Below are positions 1-7,812 of a stretch of 24,890 nt of DNA, in pieces. Source of the DNA: an uncultured Eubacteriales bacterium (GTDB lineage: Bacteria; Bacillota; Clostridia; Oscillospirales; Oscillospiraceae); NCBI GenBank assembly GCA_902475515.1, contig CABSAB010000001.1:1-24890 (forward strand). Direction: 5' to 3'. The notes under the pieces were generated by a model. The model made no database searches, had not been told where the DNA came from, and saw only the letters and a program-made list of their open reading frames with translations. How positions within the stretch are numbered: the stretch's first letter is position 1; the number at the start of each line of letters is the position of its first letter. Made by a program: the position numbers and the translations under genes.

Positions 1-1709
1 AGTTCGCCGTTTATGGCGATAAAAACGCCGTTTTTCGGTGCGTCAGCCGGCGGAATCGCTCCCAAAAGCTGCATAAAGTTGTAGGTGCCCACAGCCACTA
101 CCACGCCGTTGATCCGTCCGGCCAATCCGGCATCCAGCACCTGGAAATAGCTCACATCGTAAATGCGGCCATCCATCTCCCGCAGGAGGCTCGTAAACAC
201 ATCCACCAGGCCGTTATTAGCCCGAAATATCAGCGATGCGGCATAGGATGTCAAAAGCCTCGGCGTTTGATTGCCATAGACCCGAACACCCTTATGCCCA
301 ATGGTCTGCTTGGGGAACAGGTCCTCATCATAGACGAGCATAGCCTTTTTTCCGGCAAGGATCTTGGTCCCTGCCCATCCGGCCAGCGCGCCGGACCCCC
401 GCATGGCTCTGGTCAACAGCTCATAGGGCCGGGCACAGCAAAGGGCCAGGGAAACCGGAGTTGCCACTGTCAACAGTGTAACCAAAATCGTAAAATAATT
501 TCCTTTTGTTTTTGCAGAAAGATAGGCCCCGGAAATCAGACAGGCCGCCAGTAGCAGCAAACTATAGGCCGACCAGCCGCTGTGAAAGGTATCCATTTCT
601 TCCATACGCCGCACAAATCCCGCCGTACTGGCAGGGACCTTCCCAATGCAATCGCGGTTCTCCCACAGCTTTTCGGTCATGCGAACGGCTTTTCTGCCAC
701 GCCCGGCAATTACTCCACGCAGTGCCCGGAGGTCCGCCCTGTTTTTCATCAGGGACGCAGTCCCGGTGATACACCATGCCATCACCAGCAGCGGCAGCAA
801 CGTCTTGGGGTCCTTATGGACCGCCGTATCCACCAAGCTCATCACCGTCACAAGCAGCAGCATGGGCTCATAGGTCAACCGCAGATGCAGCACATCCCGC
901 ACCGCGCTCAGAATGCTTTGCCAGGCAGTTGCCATGGCGATCACAGTGCAGAGCATTGCAATGGTCACTCCAGTACCGCCGCCCAGGAATCCCAGCGCCA
1001 TCCAGGAAAAGCGGCGGCTTGCCAGGCTCAGAATCATCAATACGAGGATTATGTACCGCACCGGCGCCATCATGCCGCTGATCCGCACCAACATGGCACT
1101 GCGCTTTTCCGCCGCTTTCAGCGAGGTTCGACTGGCAGGAAGATCGGAACGCTGCACAGACCGCAACGTGCCGACCACATCGCCCACAGCAGCGATCAAA
1201 CCGCTGCCCACCGGGGGCTTCTGCCGCTTTGCCGCAGGCTTCTTCTCCCGGGCCGTTTTCAGAAGCTGGGGATCCTGAACTGTCTTCACATTGGGGATCG
1301 CTCTGGTCTCCTGCTGCTCCGGATGCACCTGCCCGGCGGTCTGCGGCTGTTGCTCCGGGGATACCACAGGCACTTGCGGGTCCGCTGATGGTTCCCCCGC
1401 TTCTTCAGGCATTGCCACAGAGGTGGCAACCGCCTGGGCAATCGCATCGGCAAAATCAGCCGGAGACTGCGACTCCATTGGCGCTTCCGACGGGAGCGGC
1501 GGCTCCTGTTCCGGGGACTCTATGGCTTCCGCCGCCTCCGGCGCTTCTTCAGACGCCGCGCCTTCCTGTGCCGTATATTCCAGTTCCTGCGTCTGCAGCT
1601 GTTCCGGCTCAGAAAATTCTTCCAATATATCCTCCACCGAAAAGCGCCCTGTGGAGTCCACCCCGGCAATGAGCCGGGATGTATCATATTTTGTAGGGTC
1701 CACTTTCAT
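1..1709 (-). CDS. Membrane protein resembling a degenerate P1B-type ATPase; C-terminus lies beyond the left edge
   Basis: Hand translation from ATG 1709 (GGAAGG upstream, 23 nt after the rlmB stop) is open to position 1 (569 codons). It begins MKVDPTKYDTSRLIAG, then an acidic/Pro-rich region, several hydrophobic helices, LLTVATPVSLALCCARP, MLVYDEDLFP, GLAGRINGVVVAVGTYNFM and GVFIAINGE. It is absent from the ORF track because it has no stop in the window. Confidence 0.85.
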   Translation of the reverse strand, partial: MKVDPTKYDTSRLIAGVDSTGRFSVEDILEEFSEPEQLQTQELEYTAQEGAASEEAPEAAEAIESPEQEPPLPSEAPMESQSPADFADAIAQAVATSVAMPEEAGEPSADPQVPVVSPEQQPQTAGQVHPEQQETRAIPNVKTVQDPQLLKTAREKKPAAKRQKPPVGSGLIAAVGDVVGTLRSVQRSDLPASRTSLKAAEKRSAMLVRISGMMAPVRYIILVLMILSLASRRFSWMALGFLGGGTGVTIAMLCTVIAMATAWQSILSAVRDVLHLRLTYEPMLLLVTVMSLVDTAVHKDPKTLLPLLVMAWCITGTASLMKNRADLRALRGVIAGRGRKAVRMTEKLWENRDCIGKVPASTAGFVRRMEEMDTFHSGWSAYSLLLLAACLISGAYLSAKTKGNYFTILVTLLTVATPVSLALCCARPYELLTRAMRGSGALAGWAGTKILAGKKAMLVYDEDLFPKQTIGHKGVRVYGNQTPRLLTSYAASLIFRANNGLVDVFTSLLREMDGRIYDVSYFQVLDAGLAGRINGVVVAVGTYNFMQLLGAIPPADAPKNGVFIAINGE

Positions 1710-1732
1710 GGTGATCCAACCTTCCAGCGAGA

Positions 1733-2488
1733 TTACATCCGCTGCCGCAGTGCCTCATAGAGCAAAATAGCGGCGGCATTGGATGCGTTGAGCGAGTTGA
1801 TATGGCCATACATGGGGATACTGACCATAAAATCGCAGGCCTCTGAGACCAACCGGCCCATTCCGGCTCCCTCAGAGCCAATGACCATAGCCACAGGACC
1901 GGTCAGATCCGTTTGATACAGAGATTCTGCCCCGTCCGCGGCGGTCCCATATATCCAAACACCGTTATCTTTCAGCGTGTTGATGGCCGCAGTCAGGTTG
2001 CTCACCCGGGCCACAGGCATATACTCCAGTGCTCCGGCAGCCGCCTTGGCAACGACGGCCGTCAATCCGGAGCTCCGTCGCTTGGGAATGATGACCCCAT
2101 GGGCACCCACACACTCCGCCGTCCGCAGAATCGCCCCCAGATTGTGGGGATCGGTGATCTCGTCGCAAATCACAATCAGCGGGGCCTCACCCCGGTCTTT
2201 TGCAATTTGAAGGATATCCTGAACCGTGCAGTACTCCCGGGCTGCAAACATGGCGATCACGCCCTGATGGGCCCCTGTCTGGCTCATGGTATCGAGCTTG
2301 CGCCGGTCACAGTAGGTCACCACCGCACCGGCCTTTTTCGCCAGGGATGCGATATACCGTAAGGTGCTGTCAGTATCTCCGGAGGCCAGGAACACCTTGT
2401 CGGCAGTACGTCCTGCCTTCAGCGCCTCGGTAACGGCATTGCGCCCCTCCAGCATATTTTCATTTTCCGTCTCATTGAATTTCCGCAT
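1733..2488 (-). CDS. rlmB: 23S rRNA 2'-O-methyltransferase, RlmB/TrmH (SPOUT) family
   Basis: EGRNAV, HQGV, DPHNLGAILRTAE, VIGSEGAG and SLNASNAAAILLYE motifs. Start moved to ATG 2488 because GGAGG lies just upstream. Confidence 0.92.
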   Translation of the reverse strand: MRKFNETENENMLEGRNAVTEALKAGRTADKVFLASGDTDSTLRYIASLAKKAGAVVTYCDRRKLDTMSQTGAHQGVIAMFAAREYCTVQDILQIAKDRGEAPLIVICDEITDPHNLGAILRTAECVGAHGVIIPKRRSSGLTAVVAKAAAGALEYMPVARVSNLTAAINTLKDNGVWIYGTAADGAESLYQTDLTGPVAMVIGSEGAGMGRLVSEACDFMVSIPMYGHINSLNASNAAAILLYEALRQRM

Positions 2489-2525
2489 AATTCCTCCGGT
2501 AGAAATAAAAATCATAATTCAAGTA

Positions 2526-2555
2526 ATTATAACATACATCACAGAAAAGAGGCAA
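2526..2555 (-). promoter_or_regulatory. Putative sigma-A promoter for the rlmB operon
   Basis: Minus strand reads TTGCCT-18 nt-TATAAT with extended -10 TGn. Confidence 0.55.
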
Positions 2556-2650
2556 TATGAAAATTGCAAATCCAACAGTTTCCGCACGGATCACGGCCCG
2601 TTTTTTCCCAACGTTAACAGAAAGTTTACGGGACTTGAGGCGGTAATTTG

Positions 2651-2679
2651 TTGTTTTCGGAGGGATTCTATGCTATAGT
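2651..2679 (+). promoter_or_regulatory. Putative sigma-A promoter for ftsH
   Basis: TTGTTT (2651-2656)-17 nt-TATAGT (2674-2679) with extended -10 TGc. Confidence 0.55.
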
Positions 2680-2734
2680 AAACACTGTTTTGCAGGGGAT
2701 TTTCCCCGCACAAAGTCTCAAAGGAGGCGCAAGC

Positions 2735-4681
2735 ATGAGCACACCCAATAACCGAAATGACCGCAATCGCGGCTCGGACAACGAAAACCGGCCAAAGCTC
2801 AATACCCTGCTCCCAATCATTCTTCTAGCCGTTATTTTTGTTCTGTTTATCAATTTTCTTTTTGACAGCTATACCGCGTCTAAGACAGAGGAGATCAAAT
2901 ACGATGAATTCCAAGAAATGCTGGAGCAGAACGAGATCTCCGAAGTCCAGATCCAGTCGGACCGCATCCTGATCCTCACCAAAGAGGAGGCGGAAAAAGA
3001 TGAGGCCGAGCAAAAGTTTTATTACACGGGTCTTGTGGACGACGAGGAGCTGATTCCACAGCTCAAGGCACGGGATGTTGTTTTTTATCACGAGATCAAA
3101 GACGAACCCTCACTTTTGATGTCTATTCTGCTCTCCTATCTGCTCCCCTTTCTGATCCTGATGCTGCTGTTCAGCTTTCTTATGCGAAACATCAGCGGAA
3201 AAATGGGCGGCACCATGTCCATTGGTCAGAGCAAGGCAAAGGTGTACATGGAGAAGGAGACCGGTGTCACCTTCCAGGATGTAGCCGGACAGGATGAGGC
3301 CAAGGAATCCCTGCAGGAGATCATCGACTTTCTCCACCATCCGCAAAAATATGCCGCCATCGGTGCGAAGATCCCCAAGGGCGCGCTGCTGGTGGGTTCT
3401 CCCGGCACCGGTAAAACCTTGCTTGCAAAGGCTGTGGCCGGAGAAGCGGGCGTTCCGTTCTTCTTCATCTCCGGCTCTGATTTTGTGGAAATGTTTGTGG
3501 GCGTTGGCGCCAGCCGGGTCCGGGACCTGTTCCAGCAGGCTGCCAAGCAGGCTCCCGCTATCATTTTCATCGACGAGATCGACGCCATTGGCAAAAGCCG
3601 GGATAACCGTCTTGGCAGCAACGACGAGCGGGAACAGACCCTGAACCAGCTGCTCTCGGAGATTGACGGCTTCGATTCCTCCAAGGGCGTTGTGATCCTG
3701 GCTGCCACCAACCGGCCTGAGATTTTGGACAAAGCCCTGCTGCGGGCCGGACGCTTCGACCGACGGATTATTGTGGATAAACCTAATCTGGCCGGACGTC
3801 TGCAGACCCTCAAGGTGCATACCAAGAACATCAAGCTGACCGAGGATGTGGATCTGAACCGAATTGCCCAGGTCACTGCCGGCGCTGTAGGCGCGGACCT
3901 TGCAAACCTGGTCAACGAAGCCGCCCTGCGGGCGGTTCGCCTGGGCCGTGAAGCTGTGAACCAGGAGGACCTGCTGATATCTTTCGAGGTGGTCATTGCG
4001 GGCACCGAGAAAAAGGGTACCGTACTCACAGATATGGAAAAACGCATCGTCTCCTATCACGAGGTAGGCCACGCCCTAGTAGCCGCACTGCAAAAGCATT
4101 CTGCCCCAGTGCAGAAGATCACCATTGTGCCTCACACATCTGGCGCGCTGGGCTATACACTCCAGATGGAGGAGGAGGAAAAGTTCCTCAACTCCAAGGA
4201 TGAGCTGATCACGGAACTGAAGACTCTTCTGGCCGGCCGTGCTGCCGAAGAGGTCGTCTTCGGCGTGCAGACCACCGGCGCTTCCAACGACATTGAAAAA
4301 GCCACAGACCTGGCGCGGCGGATGATCATGCAGTTCGGCATGAGTGAGAAATTCGGGCTTATGGGCCTGGTCACCAGCCAGAGCCAGTATCTGGGCGGGC
4401 AGAGCTCCCTCAACTGTGCCGAATCCACCGCTGCTGAAGCGGACGCCGAGGTCCGGGAACTGCTTCAAAGCTGCTATGCCGCTGCCACGCAAATGCTTCG
4501 GGACAACCGGGAGACTTTGGACGAGATCGCCCTGTTCCTGCTGACCAAAGAGACCATCACCGGCGATGAATTTATGGCGTTTCTGAAGAAACCCGAGGAA
4601 CTGCCGGAGGCTGCAGAGACGGAACCGGAAGAAAACTCCACCCCTGCCGTTGATTTTTCCGGCACAGATGAAAGCATATAG
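2735..4681 (+). CDS. ftsH: ATP-dependent zinc metalloprotease FtsH
   Basis: Two N-terminal TM helices, Walker A GSPGTGKT, Walker B IIFIDEID, SRH ATNRPEILDKALLRAGRFDR and zinc motif HEVGH. Start placed at ATG 2735 after AAGGAGG. Confidence 0.96.
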   Translation: MSTPNNRNDRNRGSDNENRPKLNTLLPIILLAVIFVLFINFLFDSYTASKTEEIKYDEFQEMLEQNEISEVQIQSDRILILTKEEAEKDEAEQKFYYTGLVDDEELIPQLKARDVVFYHEIKDEPSLLMSILLSYLLPFLILMLLFSFLMRNISGKMGGTMSIGQSKAKVYMEKETGVTFQDVAGQDEAKESLQEIIDFLHHPQKYAAIGAKIPKGALLVGSPGTGKTLLAKAVAGEAGVPFFFISGSDFVEMFVGVGASRVRDLFQQAAKQAPAIIFIDEIDAIGKSRDNRLGSNDEREQTLNQLLSEIDGFDSSKGVVILAATNRPEILDKALLRAGRFDRRIIVDKPNLAGRLQTLKVHTKNIKLTEDVDLNRIAQVTAGAVGADLANLVNEAALRAVRLGREAVNQEDLLISFEVVIAGTEKKGTVLTDMEKRIVSYHEVGHALVAALQKHSAPVQKITIVPHTSGALGYTLQMEEEEKFLNSKDELITELKTLLAGRAAEEVVFGVQTTGASNDIEKATDLARRMIMQFGMSEKFGLMGLVTSQSQYLGGQSSLNCAESTAAEADAEVRELLQSCYAAATQMLRDNRETLDEIALFLLTKETITGDEFMAFLKKPEELPEAAETEPEENSTPAVDFSGTDESI

Positions 4682-4687
4682 CACTAA

Positions 4688-4720
4688 GCTCCCGCTGCCC
4701 TAGGCAGTGGGAGCCTTCTT
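4688..4720 (+). terminator. Intrinsic terminator after ftsH
   Basis: Hairpin GCTCCCGCTGCC-CTA-GGCAGTGGGAGC followed by CTTCTT. Confidence 0.7.
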
Positions 4721-4731
4721 CTTGACCGGTT

Positions 4732-4740
4732 TGCTATAAT
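4732..4740 (+). promoter_or_regulatory. Extended -10 promoter element for the nitroreductase gene
   Basis: TGCTATAAT about 40 nt upstream of ATG 4780. No correctly spaced -35. Confidence 0.5.
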
Positions 4741-4779
4741 AATTAAAAAAACAATTATCAGCAGAATGGAGGGTCTCCA

Positions 4780-5592
4780 ATGATCCAAATCGATCCCACC
4801 CGCTGCATCGGCTGTGGTCTGTGCGTGGGAGACTGTTTCCCTGCGGCGCTTTCTATGGAAGACGGAAATGCCCAATTAGCCGCACCGGAAAACTGTATTG
4901 GCTGCGGCCACTGCATCGCCATCTGTCCCCAAGGCGCTGTCACCGATCCCGCACTGCCCACAGACGACATCGGGCCTTTGACGAAATTCCGTGCTCCCAT
5001 GGAGCTTCTGGGGCTCATGCGCAGCCGCCGGTCCTGCCGCCACTACAAAGCGGAGCCTGTGGCACCGGAATTGACAAACGCCCTGCTTGCCGCTGCCCGG
5101 GCCTGTCCCACCGCAAAAAATCTGCAGGACACCCGGTACATCCTGGTCCGGGAGAAGATCCCTGTCCTTCTGGACGCCGCCCTGACCGCCCTGGGAAATG
5201 TCGGTCTTGCACAAAAAAGCACCGCCACAGCTCCGGATGAACTACGCCGGGCAGAGAATTTTATCCGTTGGGCACAGCTGCGGCAGGAGGACAAGACCTT
5301 TGATCCGCTGTTTTTCCACGCACCGCTTTTGATGCTGTTCGTTTCCGGCCGGGGCGATCCCCGGGATGCCGCAGCCGCAGCTTCTTATGCGGAGATCATG
5401 GCTGCAGCCCTGGGGCTGGGCTGTCTTTACAGTGGATACTTTACCGCCTGTGCAGCAGGGAATGCTGAGATCGCCGATATTCTGGGACTTGCACCACGGG
5501 AGCAGGTCGTGCGCTGTCTGGTACTGGGGCATCCGGATGTTCGTTTTCAGCGTACAGCACCCAGAAAAGCCCCGGCTATCACGGAATTGTAA
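4780..5592 (+). CDS. Nitroreductase-family protein with an N-terminal 2x[4Fe-4S] ferredoxin domain
   Basis: CIGCGLCVGDCFP and CIGCGHCIAICP cluster motifs, RSRRSCRHY FMN-binding motif, PTAKNLQ and LGLGC. GGAGG RBS. Confidence 0.9.
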   Translation: MIQIDPTRCIGCGLCVGDCFPAALSMEDGNAQLAAPENCIGCGHCIAICPQGAVTDPALPTDDIGPLTKFRAPMELLGLMRSRRSCRHYKAEPVAPELTNALLAAARACPTAKNLQDTRYILVREKIPVLLDAALTALGNVGLAQKSTATAPDELRRAENFIRWAQLRQEDKTFDPLFFHAPLLMLFVSGRGDPRDAAAAASYAEIMAAALGLGCLYSGYFTACAAGNAEIADILGLAPREQVVRCLVLGHPDVRFQRTAPRKAPAITEL

Positions 5593-5606
5593 CCACAACA
5601 TACGTA

Positions 5607-5638
5607 AATCCGGCAGAAGCATTTGCTTCTGCCGGATT
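5607..5638. terminator. Probable bidirectional terminator between convergent nitroreductase and pncB
   Basis: Perfect inverted repeat AATCCGGCAGAAGCA-TT-TGCTTCTGCCGGATT. Confidence 0.75.
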
Positions 5639-5647
5639 ATTTCCGAT

Positions 5648-7099
5648 TTACTGCTTTGCCGCATCCAGCAGCTGATTTTTGACCTTCCACAGCTTCTGAG
5701 ACAGATCCACATAATAGGTATGTGGATTTTCAAACCGCTTGACCTCATCCCACAGTGTCTCCAGCTCCGCGGCACAATACCGCTGGATCTCCGGCAGGCT
5801 AGGAAGTTTGTAGACCAGCTCTCCAGCCCGAAAAATCGGATGCTGCAGTTCCCGTACGGTATAATTGCGGAGGGTCTTCCGCTTCCAAGTGGCATTGGGG
5901 TCAAAAATGGTATGCGTCTCCTCAGCGGGCATGGTCTCATTCCAGAGGCAGAGTTCATCCGCCAGGGCCTTGCCGCTTTCGTTGTCATAGAACCGGTAGA
6001 GCTTCTTGAAATGGGGATTTGTGATCTTGGCCGTATTCTCGCTGACCTTGATCTTGGGAATGATTTCTCCCCGGTCATTTTCCACCGCGGCCAGCTTATA
6101 TACCCCGCCGAATACCGGGGCGCTGCGGGAGGTGATCAGCCGCTCCCCAACTCCAAATGTATCGATCCTTGCCCCCTGCATCATTAAGTCCCGGATCAGG
6201 TATTCGTCCAGGGCATTGGAGGCTGTGATCTTACAGCAGGTCAGCCCCGCCGCGTCCAGCATTTTTCTGGCCTCCTTGGAGAGATACGAGATATCACCGG
6301 AATCCAGCCGGATGGAAAAATCCGTAATTCCCTGGGGCACCAGCACCTCCTGAAATGCTCGAATAGCGTTGGGTACACCGCTTTTCAGCGTATTGTAGGT
6401 ATCCACAAGTAGCGTCGTATTGCGGGGATACAGGCGGCAGTAGGTGCAAAAGGCCTCATATTCCGTATCAAACATCTGTACCCAGGAATGGGCCATGGTG
6501 CCCCCGGCCGGCACGCCATAAATCGCATCCGTGAGCGTACAAGCCGTCCCGGCACAGCCGCCGATATAGGCCGCACGGGCGCCAATCACAGCACCATCTG
6601 CCCCCTGCGCCCGGCGGGAACCGAACTCCAGAACCGTCCGTCCCTGGGCTGCGCGAACGATACGGTTTGCCTTAGTGGCGATCATGCTCTGGTGGTTCAG
6701 TGCCAAAAGCACATAGGTCTCAATGATTTGGGCTTCGATGGCCGGTGCCCGCACCGTCAGGATCGGCTCCTGGGGAAACACCGGCGTTCCTTCCGGCACC
6801 GCATAAATGTCTCCGGTGAAGCGAAAATCCTGTAGATATGCCAGAAAATCCTCCCCAAACAAATGCTTGCCCCGAAGGTACGCGATGTCCTCCTCGTCAA
6901 AATGCAGCCCCTTGATATATTCCACCACCTGCTCCAGCCCCGCCGCAATGGCAAAGCCTCCGCCATCGGGCACTGTGCGGAAAAACACATCGAAGTAGGC
7001 GATCTGGCTGTGCATTCCCTTTTGAAAATATCCGTTTGCCATGGTCAGCTCATAGAAGTCGCACAGCAGGGCCAAATTCCGTTCGTTCAACTTACTCAC
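5648..7099 (-). CDS. pncB: Nicotinate phosphoribosyltransferase
   Basis: DFYELTM, EFGSRRAQG, GTMAHSWV (phospho-His), LVDTY, IRLDSGD and FGVGERLIT motifs. GTG start overlaps the upstream gene's end. Confidence 0.95.
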   Translation of the reverse strand: MSKLNERNLALLCDFYELTMANGYFQKGMHSQIAYFDVFFRTVPDGGGFAIAAGLEQVVEYIKGLHFDEEDIAYLRGKHLFGEDFLAYLQDFRFTGDIYAVPEGTPVFPQEPILTVRAPAIEAQIIETYVLLALNHQSMIATKANRIVRAAQGRTVLEFGSRRAQGADGAVIGARAAYIGGCAGTACTLTDAIYGVPAGGTMAHSWVQMFDTEYEAFCTYCRLYPRNTTLLVDTYNTLKSGVPNAIRAFQEVLVPQGITDFSIRLDSGDISYLSKEARKMLDAAGLTCCKITASNALDEYLIRDLMMQGARIDTFGVGERLITSRSAPVFGGVYKLAAVENDRGEIIPKIKVSENTAKITNPHFKKLYRFYDNESGKALADELCLWNETMPAEETHTIFDPNATWKRKTLRNYTVRELQHPIFRAGELVYKLPSLPEIQRYCAAELETLWDEVKRFENPHTYYVDLSQKLWKVKNQLLDAAKQ

Positions 7100-7628
7100 C
7101 CTTTCTGCCGGTTATCTCGATCTGGAGGCTTTCCATCACATCCAGTGCCTTTTCATGAAGAAGCGGATCATTGGACGCACAGCATGTGGCATCCACCACC
7201 ACATCCGTCTCCGGCTGGGCCGTTCTGACCAGCACCGCATTGGAGATCACGCAAATGTTCGTCACCACGCCCACCAGCTCGATCCGACTGTAGCAGTGCT
7301 GCTTCAAAAAGTCATACATGGCATCGGAGCCAAAGGTATACTTCACAAAGCACCAATCCTCTGTATCTACGCTCTTTCCAACCCGGCCATAGAGCTTATG
7401 GCCTTCCGTCCCCCCGATACAGTGGGGCACCGGCAAGAACCGCCCCTCCCGGCTCAACAGATACTCCGGAGTATGGGTGTCAAAGGTGAACATCACATCG
7501 TCTCCGGCTGCGCGGTACGCCGCAATCTTCTCCGCAATCCTTTCATCCAGCAGCTCAGCCTCGGGAAACCCCAACGCGCCGGATACAAAATCATTTTGAT
7601 AGTCTATCACAATCAGACATTTCTTCAT
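7092..7628 (-). CDS. pncA: Nicotinamidase/isochorismatase-family cysteine hydrolase
   Basis: VIDYQNDF, DTH, PHC, a catalytic Lys (VKYTFG) and TNICV. Overlaps pncB by 8 nt. Start is 7628 or 7640. Confidence 0.8.
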   Translation of the reverse strand: MKKCLIVIDYQNDFVSGALGFPEAELLDERIAEKIAAYRAAGDDVMFTFDTHTPEYLLSREGRFLPVPHCIGGTEGHKLYGRVGKSVDTEDWCFVKYTFGSDAMYDFLKQHCYSRIELVGVVTNICVISNAVLVRTAQPETDVVVDATCCASNDPLLHEKALDVMESLQIEITGRKGE

Positions 7629-7662
7629 AACGACAACCATCCCTTTTGATCTTCTTAGCGGT

Positions 7663-7671
7663 ATTATAACA
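7663..7671 (-). promoter_or_regulatory. Extended -10 element for pncA-pncB
   Basis: Minus strand TGTTATAAT about 35 nt upstream of the start. Confidence 0.5.
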
Positions 7672-7771
7672 CAGGCACAAACCGAAAAGAACGTTTTTTT
7701 TTGCAGGTTTCCGTGTTTTTGCCGCTTTGTTGGATTTTATTCCTGTTTTTCTTTTCAAATCTTTCCCTTTG

Positions 7772-7780
7772 TGGTATACT
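7772..7780 (+). promoter_or_regulatory. Extended -10 element for the DUF1846 gene
   Basis: TGGTATACT 32 nt upstream of ATG 7813. Confidence 0.5.
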
Positions 7781-7812
7781 GGACCAAGACAAATAGAAGA
7801 GAGGTACAAAGG

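Noticed and set aside
267..1770. Several plus-strand ORFs (e.g. 582-1388, 1229-1672, 1291-1770)
   Set aside because: They are antisense shadows of the real minus-strand gene 1709-<1, with implausible composition and no RBS.
2648..2734. Extended N-terminus for FtsH from TTG 2648 (likewise 7771 for DUF1846 and 18157 for WYL)
   Set aside because: These upstream starts overlap the predicted promoters, and the downstream ATGs have clear RBSs.
4678..4700. TAGCACT resembling a CIRCE half-site after ftsH
   Set aside because: No second half-site (GAGTGCTAA) at 9-nt spacing, and the location is downstream of the gene.
4722..4740. TTGACC as -35 for TATAAT
   Set aside because: The spacer is only 7 nt, so it was treated as an extended -10 promoter only.
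4801..4930. Near-repeat encoding CIGCG twice in the nitroreductase
   Set aside because: This is the ordinary internal duplication of a dicluster ferredoxin domain.
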